This document shows, one piece after another, positions 20,651 to 30,511 of a stretch of 64,000 bases of DNA. Positions within the stretch are counted from its first letter, which is position 1; the number at the start of each line of letters is the position of its first letter. The stretch is from contig JAGHZR010000004.1 of NCBI GenBank assembly GCA_017745295.1, forward strand, positions 63,938-127,937, read 5' to 3'. The notes beneath the pieces are model-generated. The model did no database searches. It was not told the origin of the DNA and saw nothing but the letters and a program-made list of their open reading frames with translations. Source of the stretch: Novosphingobium sp. (GTDB lineage: Bacteria > Pseudomonadota > Alphaproteobacteria > Sphingomonadales > Sphingomonadaceae). The position numbers were made by a program, and so were the translations under genes.

Positions 20651-21562
20651 CTACCCCTGCGCTTTCAGCAGCAAGGACAGGGCGTGGTGCGCCTGTTCCA
20701 TTCCGGTTTCCAGCACGAAGTCGCCGCCCCGGTCGCGGATTTGCGGCCAGGTGGCGGCGAAGCCTTCGACGGTCATGTCGCTGGCTTCCAGCAATACGCC
20801 CTCGTTCATGGTGATGAACGCGCTCTGGCACACGCCGCCACCGGCGCCGACCACGGCGTCGCTCGGGGCATCCTTCGAGACGAGGAACAGCGCCGCCGGA
20901 ACGACCGCTTCGGGGCGGAAAGCGTTGTAGGCCTCGTCGGGGAAGATGTCCGCCGTCATCCGCGTTCCCGCCGTGGGGGCCAGCGAATTGACGCGGATGC
21001 CGTACTTGGCGCCTTCCATGCGCAATGTGCGGGCAAGGCCAAGCACGCCGAGTTTCGCCGCGCCGTAGTTGGCCTGGCCGAAATTGCCGCCGAGGCCGCT
21101 GGAACTCGTGGTCATCAGCACGCGGCCGTAGTTCTGCTCGCGCATGGTCTCCCACACTACCTTGGTCGCATAGGCGCTGCCGAGCAGGTTGACCCGCACG
21201 ACATGCTCGAAATCGGCCATGTCCATCTTCGCGAAAGTACGATCGCGCAGGATACCGGCATTGTTGATGAGGACGTGGATGCCGCCCCAGGCCTCGCGGG
21301 CGCGGGCGGCCATCGCTTCCATCTGCACGAAGTCGGAGACGTCGCCGCCGTCCGCCATGGCCTCACCGCCGCCCTCCCGGATTTCCTCGACGACGGCGAG
21401 GGCGGCATCCGAATGCCCGCTGCCGTCGCGCGCGGCGCCGATGTCGTTGACGACGACTTTCGCGCCGCGCCGCGCCAGTTCCAACGCATAGGCGCGGCCG
21501 AGGCCCTCTCCGGCACCGGTTACCACGGCGACTTGCCCGGCGAACGAGATATAGTTCTGCAT
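20651..21562 (-). CDS. SDR oxidoreductase (MFE-2/hydroxyacyl-CoA dehydrogenase-like)
   Basis: TGAGEGLG, NNAGILRD, GNFGQANYGAAK. Confidence 0.9.
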   Translation of the reverse strand: MQNYISFAGQVAVVTGAGEGLGRAYALELARRGAKVVVNDIGAARDGSGHSDAALAVVEEIREGGGEAMADGGDVSDFVQMEAMAARAREAWGGIHVLINNAGILRDRTFAKMDMADFEHVVRVNLLGSAYATKVVWETMREQNYGRVLMTTSSSGLGGNFGQANYGAAKLGVLGLARTLRMEGAKYGIRVNSLAPTAGTRMTADIFPDEAYNAFRPEAVVPAALFLVSKDAPSDAVVGAGGGVCQSAFITMNEGVLLEASDMTVEGFAATWPQIRDRGGDFVLETGMEQAHHALSLLLKAQG

Positions 21563-21710
21563 GGGCAAGGAAATGGCAGGTTGCGCCGCGTGCTTCAATC
21601 GCGAGTTCGCGCAGCGCCGTGCTTCCGGCGATCACAAACCTTGCCCCCGCGCCTGTCCGGGGCCATAGGCGGCCTGAAACGAATCTGCGCCCTTAGCGAA
21701 AGGCCCTGAG

Positions 21711-21944
21711 ATGAAAGTCCGCGTCCACGTCAGCCTCAAGCCTGGTGTCCTCGACCCGCAGGGCCGGGCGATCCATCACTCGCTCGAAGGCCTGGGCTTC
21801 TCGGGCGTCAACGACGTGCGTGCCGGCCGTCTCTTCGAACTCGACGTTGCAGACTCGGTCAGCGACGAAGCGATCGACGACATGTGCAGGAAGCTGCTCG
21901 CCAACATGGTGATCGAGAACTACCGCATCGAGAAGGTCGCCTGA
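21711..21944 (+). CDS. purS: Phosphoribosylformylglycinamidine synthase PurS
   Basis: [20 protein letters not shown]. Confidence 0.96.
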   Translation: MKVRVHVSLKPGVLDPQGRAIHHSLEGLGFSGVNDVRAGRLFELDVADSVSDEAIDDMCRKLLANMVIENYRIEKVA

Positions 21945-22621
21945 TGGCTTTCCGCTCCGCTGTCGTCACGTTCCCGGGCTCCAACTGCGACCGCGATCTG
22001 GCGGTGGCGCTGGAAAAGATCTCGGGCACCGAGTGCATCCGCGTCTGGCACGGCGATGCCGAACTGCCGGACAATCTCGACTTCATCGGCCTGCCCGGCG
22101 GGTTCTCTTATGGCGACTACTTGCGCTGCGGCGCGATCGCCTCGCGCTCGCCGGTCATGCAGGCGGTCATCGAGGCGGCAAATCGCGGCGTGCCGGTGTT
22201 CGGCGTCTGCAACGGCTTCCAGGTGCTGACCGAAAGCGGGTTGCTGCCGGGCGCGCTGCTGCGCAATTCGGGCATCCGCTTCGTCTGCCGCGAAGTGTCG
22301 CTGAAGGTGGAGAACGCGCAGTCTCTGTTCACCTCGGGCTACGAGAGCGGCCAGCACATCCGCATCCCGGTGGCGCACCATGACGGCAATTACCATGCCG
22401 ACGAGGAAACGCTGGACCGTCTCGAAGGCGAGGGCCGCGTGGCCTTCCGCTATGCCGAGGACGTCAACGGCTCGGCGCGCCAGATCGCGGGCGTGCTCAA
22501 TGCGGCGGGCAACGTGCTGGGCATGATGCCGCACCCCGAGCGTGCCATCGAGAACACCCACGGCGGCACCGACGGCCGCGCGCTGTTCGAAAGCGCCATT
22601 CGCGGGCTGGTCGGGGCCTGA
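21944..22621 (+). CDS. purQ: Phosphoribosylformylglycinamidine synthase PurQ
   Basis: [33 protein letters not shown]. Confidence 0.97.
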   Translation: MAFRSAVVTFPGSNCDRDLAVALEKISGTECIRVWHGDAELPDNLDFIGLPGGFSYGDYLRCGAIASRSPVMQAVIEAANRGVPVFGVCNGFQVLTESGLLPGALLRNSGIRFVCREVSLKVENAQSLFTSGYESGQHIRIPVAHHDGNYHADEETLDRLEGEGRVAFRYAEDVNGSARQIAGVLNAAGNVLGMMPHPERAIENTHGGTDGRALFESAIRGLVGA

Positions 22622-22668
22622 ACCCGTCACGAGACGGCGGTGCCTCGGCGCCGCCGTCCTCCGGCGAC

Positions 22669-23490
22669 TCAGGCTTTCGATTGTGAGCCGACGCCTTGCA
22701 GATAGTCTTCCATGCCCCGGATATAGTCCGGATTGAGCATCAGCGCGCTGTTCGCCATGCGTTCGATCTGGCGGGCGCTGTCGCGGCCGACTTCGGCGCA
22801 GAGTTCTATCGCGACTTTCGCCGCGCCCATCTGCTCCGGGTTCTGCCGGGTCAGGTGGCGGCAGAATTCCATGACATCCTGCTCGAAGGTCTCGTCCTCG
22901 TAGACCTGATGGACCAGCCCCATGGTCAGGGCCATGTCGGCCGGGGCGGGTTTGTTCGCCATGATGAGCCAGCGCGCCCAGTGCGGCCCGCAGATGCGGG
23001 TGAGGCGCGAGACGCCGCCCGAGGCCGGAAGCACGCCGAACAGCCCTTCGGGGAAGGCATAGGACGCGCTCCTGGCGGCAAGGCGGAAATCGCACGAGAG
23101 GCTCATTTCCAGCCCGCCGCCCACGCACATGGCATGGTGGGCGACGACGAAGGGCTTTTCGATATGCTCGATCTCGTCCCAGAGCTGTTGCATGTTGTTG
23201 AGATTGAGCCGGTGGTTCTCGCGAATGCCGCGCGCGCTGGCGCTGGTGGCGGTGGGCGATACCACGTTCCGGTCCCCGCTGCGCAGGTCCGCACCGGAGC
23301 TGAAATAGCGCCCGGCGGATCGGATCAGCATGACCTTCAGTTCGGGCGTCTCGCGAAAGCGCAGCACGGCCTCGGTCAGCAAGTCCATCATCCGGCGGCT
23401 GATGGCGTTGAGCTTGTCCGGCCGGTTGAGCGTGGCGATCAGGATGCCGTCGACGTCTTCGGTGAGCAGGTGCGGCGCTTCTTCGGTCAT
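22669..23490 (-). CDS. Enoyl-CoA hydratase/isomerase
   Basis: LNRPDKLNA, FSSGADL, GGGLEMSLSCDFR, FPEGLFG. Confidence 0.92.
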   Translation of the reverse strand: MTEEAPHLLTEDVDGILIATLNRPDKLNAISRRMMDLLTEAVLRFRETPELKVMLIRSAGRYFSSGADLRSGDRNVVSPTATSASARGIRENHRLNLNNMQQLWDEIEHIEKPFVVAHHAMCVGGGLEMSLSCDFRLAARSASYAFPEGLFGVLPASGGVSRLTRICGPHWARWLIMANKPAPADMALTMGLVHQVYEDETFEQDVMEFCRHLTRQNPEQMGAAKVAIELCAEVGRDSARQIERMANSALMLNPDYIRGMEDYLQGVGSQSKA

Positions 23491-23506
23491 CGTGTGCCTC
23501 CTCCCA

Positions 23507-25717
23507 TCAATTCCGTGAACGCGGCAGGCCGAGGCCCTTCTCGGCGATCATCGAACGGTGCACCTGGCTGGTGCCGCCGTAAATGGTCGTCCCGTGCGCG
23601 TGGCGATAGGCGAGGTTGATCGCATCGGCGGCCCCCTTGCGCTTGGCCAGCGAGTAGGGCGCCGTCAGGTCGAGCAGGTCGCGGGAATCGGTGATGAACA
23701 GTTCGGAAGAGAACATCTTCGCCATCGGGCCATAGGCGCCGTTGCCTTTGCCATGCACTTGCGTCCAGTTAGCGCGATAGGCGATCAGTTCGGAGGCGAG
23801 CACATTGGCGTAAGTGCGGGCGAGGCGCGCCTGCGCCTTGGGGGTTTGGATCAGCCTGCCGCCGCCGGCCACGGGAATTTCCCCGCAGAGCTCGACCGCG
23901 TTTTCCAGCAACGCACGCTGCACTTTGGCGAAGCCGCCGCCGTGTTCGAGTTCGAGACTGGCAGCCATGGTCCGGCCTCCGGCGTCGATCTCGCCCAACC
24001 GCCAAGTATCGGGGATGCGCACGTTGTCGTAGAAGGTAATGTTGGTGCGCTCGTCCATGAAAGTGTGGACGCCCTGCACGGTGACGCCTTCGGCCTTCAG
24101 CGGCACAATGAACATCGTCAGCCCCTTGTGCTTGGGCGCATCCGGATCGGTGCGGCAGAGCATCAGCACATAGTCGGTGAGGTTGGCGCCGCTCGTCCAC
24201 ATCTTGGTGCCGTCGATCCGCCAGGACCCGTCTTCAAGCTGGGTGGCCTTGCACTGCGCGGCGAAGACGTCCGATCCGCAGCCCGGCTCCGAATAGCCCA
24301 ATGAGCAGATCGCCTCGCCCGCCATGACCTTGGTGAGCACGTCGCGCTTCAGGTCTTCGGTGCCGAAGCGGTGCATGATGAGAGCGACCATCTGCGCGAC
24401 ACCGGCCACCGGGTTGCTCCAGCCTTCCTCCTCGAAGGCGGAGCGGGCGGCGGTGACGGCGTACGGGCCGAGGCCGCGCCCGCCGACATCCTTGGGAAGC
24501 TGGAGATAGGCGAGGTTCGCCTCGACCAGTTGCCGGTGGATCACCGGGCTATGGCCTTCCCATGAAAAGTGGAACTTTCCGCGCTGTTCGTCGGTGACGT
24601 TCTTCGCGAAGAACGCGCGGATTTCCTGCTGGATCGCGCGGGCATCCTCGCCGAGATCGAACTCGACCGGCACGTCGCCCACGTCGGGAAGGCTGGCTTT
24701 CTCGCCCGCGTAAAGGCGGCGACCGGCCTCGGCGAGCCAATCCTCGGGATCGCCCGCGACCAGCGGCCAGGCCTTGGCGCGCAAGTTATAGAGATGCACG
24801 TCATGCTCGGTGGTGAGGCCGATGCCGCCGAAGGTCTGCACCGCATGGCGCACGGTGCGACCGGCGGCTCCCGCGGCATACCATGCGGAAAGCGAAACCT
24901 GCGCGCCTGCTTCCGCGTGGCCGTCGGCGATCGAGCGCATGGCCTGCCAGGCGAGGAACCGGGCGGAATCGATCTCGCAGATCAGGTCCGCCATCGGATG
25001 CGACAGGGCCTGGAACGTGCCGATGAACACGCCGAACGCCTTGCGCTCGCCCGCATAGTCCGCCGCCATCGCCAGCGCCGCACGGGCAAGGCCGGACAGC
25101 GCCAGCGCCATCAGAATCTTCCATTCCTCAAGCCTGGCGGCGAAAGCTGCCAGCGCGTCCTCGCCGCTGCCCAGCACGGTCGTCGGCAGAGCGGCGAGGT
25201 CGATTTCCGCAATCGCCGTGGCGGCAAGCGTCGGCTCAGCGATCCGCGCCTTGGTGGGAACGGAGATCAGCACGATATCGCCACCCTTGCGTGCGACCAC
25301 GGCTTCGGCAACCAGTCCGCCCGCGACCCATTGCCGGGGGAACTCCGCCAAATCCTGCATGGCGATCGTGACGACGGTCTCGCCGCCGATGGCCCTTGCC
25401 AGCAGCTCTTCCTGACCGCCCATCAGACCGAGCAGGCGCGTCGCCACCAGCGCTTCGGCCAGCGGACCCGAAGCCAGCGTGCGGCCCGCTTCCTCCATCA
25501 GCACTCCGGCGTCGAACAGGCCGAGGCCCATGCCCTCCGCGTCCTCGGGCACGCGCATGGAAAAGGCGCCCAGTTCGGCAAGCCCGGTCCAGAGATCGGC
25601 GTCGAAACCGCCGGTTTCCTGGGCCTTGCGCACGCGGGCCATGCTCGAATTTTCATCGAGGAAGCGTGCGAAAGTGTCGCGCATCATGGACTGTTCGTCG
25701 GTCAGGTCGAAGTTCAT
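23507..25717 (-). CDS. Two-domain fused acyl-CoA dehydrogenase (FadE34/ChsE3-type architecture)
   Basis: 736 aa; short N-terminal ACAD unit (ERKAFG..IGTFQAL) plus full C-terminal unit (GYSEPGCGSD, GTKMWTS, TIYGGTSQVHR). Confidence 0.88.
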   Translation of the reverse strand: MNFDLTDEQSMMRDTFARFLDENSSMARVRKAQETGGFDADLWTGLAELGAFSMRVPEDAEGMGLGLFDAGVLMEEAGRTLASGPLAEALVATRLLGLMGGQEELLARAIGGETVVTIAMQDLAEFPRQWVAGGLVAEAVVARKGGDIVLISVPTKARIAEPTLAATAIAEIDLAALPTTVLGSGEDALAAFAARLEEWKILMALALSGLARAALAMAADYAGERKAFGVFIGTFQALSHPMADLICEIDSARFLAWQAMRSIADGHAEAGAQVSLSAWYAAGAAGRTVRHAVQTFGGIGLTTEHDVHLYNLRAKAWPLVAGDPEDWLAEAGRRLYAGEKASLPDVGDVPVEFDLGEDARAIQQEIRAFFAKNVTDEQRGKFHFSWEGHSPVIHRQLVEANLAYLQLPKDVGGRGLGPYAVTAARSAFEEEGWSNPVAGVAQMVALIMHRFGTEDLKRDVLTKVMAGEAICSLGYSEPGCGSDVFAAQCKATQLEDGSWRIDGTKMWTSGANLTDYVLMLCRTDPDAPKHKGLTMFIVPLKAEGVTVQGVHTFMDERTNITFYDNVRIPDTWRLGEIDAGGRTMAASLELEHGGGFAKVQRALLENAVELCGEIPVAGGGRLIQTPKAQARLARTYANVLASELIAYRANWTQVHGKGNGAYGPMAKMFSSELFITDSRDLLDLTAPYSLAKRKGAADAINLAYRHAHGTTIYGGTSQVHRSMIAEKGLGLPRSRN

Positions 25718-25940
25718 GTTTCAGGCTTTCCCAGGGCTTTTCTCGTGACGTTTCCCTGTCCTCATCATACCTCGCCGCCCCGTTCAATCGGCCGCCTCAC
25801 GCAATCGCGGGCGCGATAGAGTCCATGGCCTGCGCCGGGGCGATACTTTCGCTGCCGGTCCTCCAGCTTGTTGCCGGCTTTCGGATGGTGGCCGACAGTC
25901 CGACCTCACGCCATGACCGGCGACGCAGGGAGGACAACCT

Positions 25941-26279
25941 ATGCCCAGGTACAAGCTCATAGTCCTGACCACCCCGCTGCCGGGGCGTGAGGCCGAATAT
26001 CACGACTGGTACGACAACACGCATCTGCCGGAACTCGTGAACGCTTTCGGCATGGAGGGCGCCCAGCGTTACGCGCTGGTGGCCCGGCTGACCGGCAGCG
26101 ACACCAATCCCTATCTCGCCATCTACGATATCGAGAGCGACGATCCGGCGGCGCTGCTCGGCGCGATCGGGAAGGGGATGGCGAGCGGCGACCTGACGCC
26201 GAGCGACGCACAGGACATGGCGACCTGCTACACCGCGCTGTTCACCGAACGGGGCGAGCGGGTGGTTCCGGCGGGCTGA
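25941..26279 (+). CDS. EthD/DUF4286-like dimeric alpha-beta barrel protein
   Basis: PGREAEYHDWYDNTHLPE...YLAIYDI. Confidence 0.75.
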   Translation: MPRYKLIVLTTPLPGREAEYHDWYDNTHLPELVNAFGMEGAQRYALVARLTGSDTNPYLAIYDIESDDPAALLGAIGKGMASGDLTPSDAQDMATCYTALFTERGERVVPAG

Positions 26280-26288
26280 GCGGAACCT

Positions 26289-27095
26289 TCACTTTCCCGT
26301 GAAGCGGGGCGGGCGCTTTTCCCGCAGCGCGGCGATGCCTTCCAGATGGTCCGCCGTGCGGACGGAGAGGCTTTCGTAGGCAATTCCGGCGTCCATCAGC
26401 GCCGTCGCCAGCCGCCTGAGTTCGAGGTTCGTCAGCACTTTCGTCGCGCGTATCGCGACCATCGCGCCGGAAAGCAGCTTCGCGCAGAAGGCATCGACCC
26501 GTGCATCGAGTTCCTCGGCCGGGACGCAATGGTTGATGAGGCCGATCTCCGCCGCCTTGCCTGCCGTCAGCAGTTCGCCGGTCAGGAGATATTCCTTGGC
26601 GCGGGTCAGGCCGATGCGCTGCGCCCAGATCACTGCGCCGCCGTCTCCCGCGACAAGACCGAGACCGACATGGGGATCGCCGATCCGGGCGCCTTCGGCG
26701 GCGAAGATCACGTCGCAGAGCAGCGCCAGCGTCGCGCCGAGGCCCACGGCATGGCCGTTCATCCGGCAGACCACCGGCTTGTCGATATCGAGCAGGGTCG
26801 AGACGATGCGCTTGGCGACGCGTGCCTCGTGGTCGAAGAGGCGGGGATTGCGGGCATTGTGCTCGATGTGATCGAGATCGCCGCCTGCGGAGAAGGCGCG
26901 CCCGGCGCCGGTCAGCACGATCACGTCCGATGCGGCATCGCTCTGGGCAAACCACAGGGCTTCGGCGAGTTCGTCATGGAGATGGAGATCGACCGCATTC
27001 ATCGCCTCGGGGCGGTTCAGGGTGATCCGCAGCAGGCGACCCTCGCGCGTCATGGCGATCGTGGCGAGGTTGGGCAGAGGCGGCATGTCGCTCAT
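26289..27095 (-). CDS. Enoyl-CoA hydratase/isomerase
   Basis: LNRPEAMNA, AFSAGGD, GHAVGLGATLALLCD, DPHVGLGLVAGDGG. Confidence 0.92.
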   Translation of the reverse strand: MSDMPPLPNLATIAMTREGRLLRITLNRPEAMNAVDLHLHDELAEALWFAQSDAASDVIVLTGAGRAFSAGGDLDHIEHNARNPRLFDHEARVAKRIVSTLLDIDKPVVCRMNGHAVGLGATLALLCDVIFAAEGARIGDPHVGLGLVAGDGGAVIWAQRIGLTRAKEYLLTGELLTAGKAAEIGLINHCVPAEELDARVDAFCAKLLSGAMVAIRATKVLTNLELRRLATALMDAGIAYESLSVRTADHLEGIAALREKRPPRFTGK

Positions 27096-27326
27096 TTTCG
27101 GCAAGTCTCCCGGTCTTTCCTCCGGTCATAGGCGCGGGCGGGCAGGCAGGGCAGGGCGAATTGCAAAAGGCGCTCATCTTTCGCCGGGGCGAAACCTTTG
27201 GCCTTGCCGGGCTTCTTCCCGCCGGGCGCCTTGCCAAGCCCGGGCAACTCCGTTCTATCTTGCTGAACGCCTGAACGGCACCAGCTGCGGAGCAGAGCCG
27301 CAGGTCAGGGAAGAGGACGTGTAGCA

Positions 27327-29015
27327 ATGGCGCAGTTCGACGAGAGCTTCGACTGGGTTGTGGTCGGCAGCGGAGCGGGGTCGATGGCATCGGCGCTGTT
27401 GATGAAGCAGGCGGGCAAGTCGGTGCTCATCCTGGAAAAGGCGCCCTGGATCGGCGGCACCACGGCCAAGTCGGGCGGGGTCATGTGGATCCCCAACAAC
27501 CGCTTCATGGACCCCGGCGAGGACAGCTTCGAGCAGGCCTGCCGATATCTCGATGCGGTCGTTCCCGATGGCGAGGACAGTCCCGGCACCAGCCCAGAGC
27601 GGCGCCGGACTTACGCGCGGGAAGCGCCGAAGATGCTGGATTTCATCGTCTCGCAGGGGGTCGCGATGGAACGCGGCTCGCGCTTCTGGCCGGACTATTA
27701 CGACGAGCTTCCCGGCGGCGTGAAGACCAGCCGCACCGTCACCGCCGCTCCCTTCGACAAGAACGCACTGGGCAAGGGCTGGGCGGGCAAGCTGCGGCAG
27801 GGCTTTGCCGAAGTCCCGGTCAGGCTGGACGACGCGATGAAGCTGCCTTTCGCCAGGCACTCCTGGGCGATCAGGAAGATCCTGTTCAAGACCGCGGTGA
27901 AGATCGTCGCCGGAAAGCTGACCGGCAAGCACTGGGTGACGGCGGGAGCGGCCTTGCAGGGCCGGATGCTCAAGGCGGTGCTCGACCGGCAGGCGGCGGA
28001 AATCCGCACCGACAGTCCGGTCGGCGAGACGATCGTCGAGGACGGGCGCGCGGTCGGCGTGGTCACGGTGCGGGACGGCAGGCCCTGGCGCGTCGGCGCG
28101 CGGCTGGGCGTGCTGATGAACGCGGGCGGGTTCTCGCAGAACCAGGCGATGCGCGACAGGTACATGCCCGGAACCCGTGCGGCGTGGTCCAACGGGATCG
28201 AGAGCGATACCGGCGACATGCACCTCGAACTCGAACGCCACGGCGCGATTCTGGCGCAGATGGACCAGATGGTCGGCTTCCAGATGTCGGAAGCGCCGGG
28301 CTGGGACACCGACTACGTGAAACCGGGCACCCAGGGCACCACCGGCAAGCCGCACGCGATCCAGGTCGACCAGACCGGCGTGCGCTATCTGAACGAGGGC
28401 GGCTCCTACGAGGCGTTCTGCGAGGCCATGCTGCTGCGCAACCGCACCCATCCGGCCATCCCGAGCTGGGCGATCCTGGACCGGCAGTACATGGACGAAT
28501 ATGCCGTGGCCGGAAAAGGCAAGGCGAGGAAGAACATGGCCAAGTGGCTGGCCTCGGGCTGGATGCGCGAGGCGGAGAGCCTGGAAGCGCTGGCGCGGCA
28601 GATCGCCGTGCCCGAAGCGGCGCTCGCGGCGACGGTGGCGCGGTGGAACGGCTTCGTGCGGGATGGGCGCGACGAGGATTTCCATCGCGGGGAACGGGCT
28701 TACGACAACTGGCTGGGCGATCCGTTCTTCAAGGACGGTCCCAATGCCTGCATGGGCACGATCGAGAAGGCGCCGTTCTATGCGATCCCGATCGTGCCGG
28801 GGGACGTCGGCACGTATGGCGGGGTCGTCTGCGACAGCGATGCCCGCGTTCTCCGGTCGGACGGAACGCCGATCGAGGGGCTCTATGCCTGCGGGGTCAG
28901 CACGGCTTCGCCGATGGGGCGCGTCTATCCCGGCGCGGGGGCGAGCATAGGGCCGTCGATGACGTTCGGCTGGATCGCCGCGAAACATGCGGCGGGCCTT
29001 GGAAATCAGGTCTGA
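27327..29015 (+). CDS. FAD-dependent oxidoreductase, 3-ketosteroid delta-1-dehydrogenase (KstD)-like
   Basis: VVVGSG, GGTTAKSGG..WIPNN, PDYY, GGSY, DVGTYGG, YPGAGASIG. Confidence 0.85.
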   Translation: MAQFDESFDWVVVGSGAGSMASALLMKQAGKSVLILEKAPWIGGTTAKSGGVMWIPNNRFMDPGEDSFEQACRYLDAVVPDGEDSPGTSPERRRTYAREAPKMLDFIVSQGVAMERGSRFWPDYYDELPGGVKTSRTVTAAPFDKNALGKGWAGKLRQGFAEVPVRLDDAMKLPFARHSWAIRKILFKTAVKIVAGKLTGKHWVTAGAALQGRMLKAVLDRQAAEIRTDSPVGETIVEDGRAVGVVTVRDGRPWRVGARLGVLMNAGGFSQNQAMRDRYMPGTRAAWSNGIESDTGDMHLELERHGAILAQMDQMVGFQMSEAPGWDTDYVKPGTQGTTGKPHAIQVDQTGVRYLNEGGSYEAFCEAMLLRNRTHPAIPSWAILDRQYMDEYAVAGKGKARKNMAKWLASGWMREAESLEALARQIAVPEAALAATVARWNGFVRDGRDEDFHRGERAYDNWLGDPFFKDGPNACMGTIEKAPFYAIPIVPGDVGTYGGVVCDSDARVLRSDGTPIEGLYACGVSTASPMGRVYPGAGASIGPSMTFGWIAAKHAAGLGNQV

Positions 29016-29027
29016 ACCTGCGGGTGC

Positions 29028-29846
29028 CTATTGCTGTCCGAGCGTGGCGGCGTTCGCTTGTCGCACAGCCTCAACGCGCAGGCGCGGGAAGACGTCTTCC
29101 AGCGGCTTCACGTCGGGCAGGACGTAGACGTAGCCGCCGTCCTTCTGGAACAGCGGGCTGACCCCCTTGTTGTAGAAGGCCATCGGCACATTGATGCAGC
29201 CGAACGTGATGCGGTTGTCGTCGATGGTTTCGGACAGCATCCGCGCGCGGCGGTTTTCCTTGTTGCCGGGGGGGATCGTGTGGAGCGCCACGGAAGTCGC
29301 GTAGTCCACCCAGAGCACGCGCTGCCTGCCTGCCGCCCAGCCGAACTTTGCGAGGAAGCGGCCTGCGGGCGTGGTCTTTTCGGCGGGACCGATCTCGGAA
29401 AGCGACTTGGCGCCGATGCCGGGGGTGGCCTCGTCGCCGAGGGCCTTGCCGATCAGCACGGGGGCATCGGCCAGCTGCTTGCCTTCCGCATCGAACAGGT
29501 AGGCGCGGGCGGCGGCCTTGTCGATGATGATGTAGGGAAGCGCGTGGTTGTCCGCCGAATCGGCCACCCAGTGGGCGACCAGGGCCGCGCTCGCCGAGAG
29601 TTCGCGTACCGGCCTGGGTTGCGCCGCTGCGGCCTGCGCTTTCGATGGGCGCTTGGCTACCGCTTTTTTCGTGCCCGGCTTCTTGGCTTTGGCTGCGGGA
29701 CCTTTTGCCAGATGCGCCACGGCGGTCCGGGTTTCGGCCAGAGGGCTTGGTGCGGCACCTGCCAGCGCGAGGGCGGCAAAGGCCAGAGAAACGCTCATCA
29801 TCGTCGGAATGGACTCACGGAATTTGGCACGGAAAATGGTCGGCAC
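29028..29846 (-). CDS. L,D-transpeptidase-like (YkuD-fold) exported protein
   Basis: Signal-like N-terminus, IIIDK, TTPAGRF, VALH...ITFGCINV catalytic His/Cys; start GTG 29846 or ATG 29801. Confidence 0.8.
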   Translation of the reverse strand: MPTIFRAKFRESIPTMMSVSLAFAALALAGAAPSPLAETRTAVAHLAKGPAAKAKKPGTKKAVAKRPSKAQAAAAQPRPVRELSASAALVAHWVADSADNHALPYIIIDKAAARAYLFDAEGKQLADAPVLIGKALGDEATPGIGAKSLSEIGPAEKTTPAGRFLAKFGWAAGRQRVLWVDYATSVALHTIPPGNKENRRARMLSETIDDNRITFGCINVPMAFYNKGVSPLFQKDGGYVYVLPDVKPLEDVFPRLRVEAVRQANAATLGQQ

Positions 29847-29905
29847 CGCGAACGGGCGCCGACCATGGTATCACAGTCTTCTCGGCAACGGGCGCGAAAG
29901 GGCGC

Positions 29906-30208
29906 TCAGTTGCGTGCCCGCTTGCGCTGGCTGGCGGCCATCTGCTGCTCGACGCCATCGACGCGCGAGTTGAGCTGGTCGATGCGCTGGCCGTTCTGCT
30001 GGGCCTGACCCGAAGCGGCCTGTCCCTCGGCGAGGGCCTGCTTCGCGGTGGCATCCGTCTGCTGGAGACGGGAATCGAGACCATCGATCCGCTGGTTCAC
30101 GGTGGCGATCTGGTCTCGCACAAAACCCTTGGTGGCACAGCCACCCAGACCGATCGATCCGACGAGGATCACGGCGACAGGGGCAAGTTTCGTCAGATAA
30201 GGCGACAT
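29906..30208 (-). CDS. Lpp/OprI-like alanine-zipper coiled-coil lipoprotein (100 aa)
   Basis: AAGGAG RBS then ATG 30208; lipobox LGGC; about nine heptads; basic tail RKRARN; appears only as the tail of ORF 29906..31561 in the track. Confidence 0.85.
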   Translation of the reverse strand: MSPYLTKLAPVAVILVGSIGLGGCATKGFVRDQIATVNQRIDGLDSRLQQTDATAKQALAEGQAASGQAQQNGQRIDQLNSRVDGVEQQMAASQRKRARN

Positions 30209-30346
30209 CGCATTCACTCCTTGTTGTCTATGTTGTTTAACAGCCCCGCAGTGCTCCAAGCCGAGCGGGAAAGCGTGAACAATGCGATTCTGGCCGACCG
30301 TGCTTCCGCAAAGGTGAACGGAAGCCCGGTCTGCCATGTGCAATAA

Positions 30347-30356
30347 GTTACGTAAC
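30347..30356. promoter_or_regulatory. Perfect palindrome GTTACGTAAC in the divergent promoter region
   Basis: Seen directly; function inferred. Confidence 0.35.
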
Positions 30357-30511
30357 GGCGTTCGGTTCCACACCATCTCGCAGCGATGATACGGCTCCCG
30401 CAGGCGGATAACGCCGGGGCGGTCCGGCCTCCCCTTGTGCGCGTCGTCGGGGGGCGTACTGAACTGGGGTTCAGCAAGTCCGGAACAATCGGGCTGATCG
30501 AGAGAGGACCC

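Noticed and set aside
21711-22621. purS-purQ without adjacent purL
   Set aside because: Split pur genes are common in alphaproteobacteria; purL is probably elsewhere and this cannot be judged from the window.
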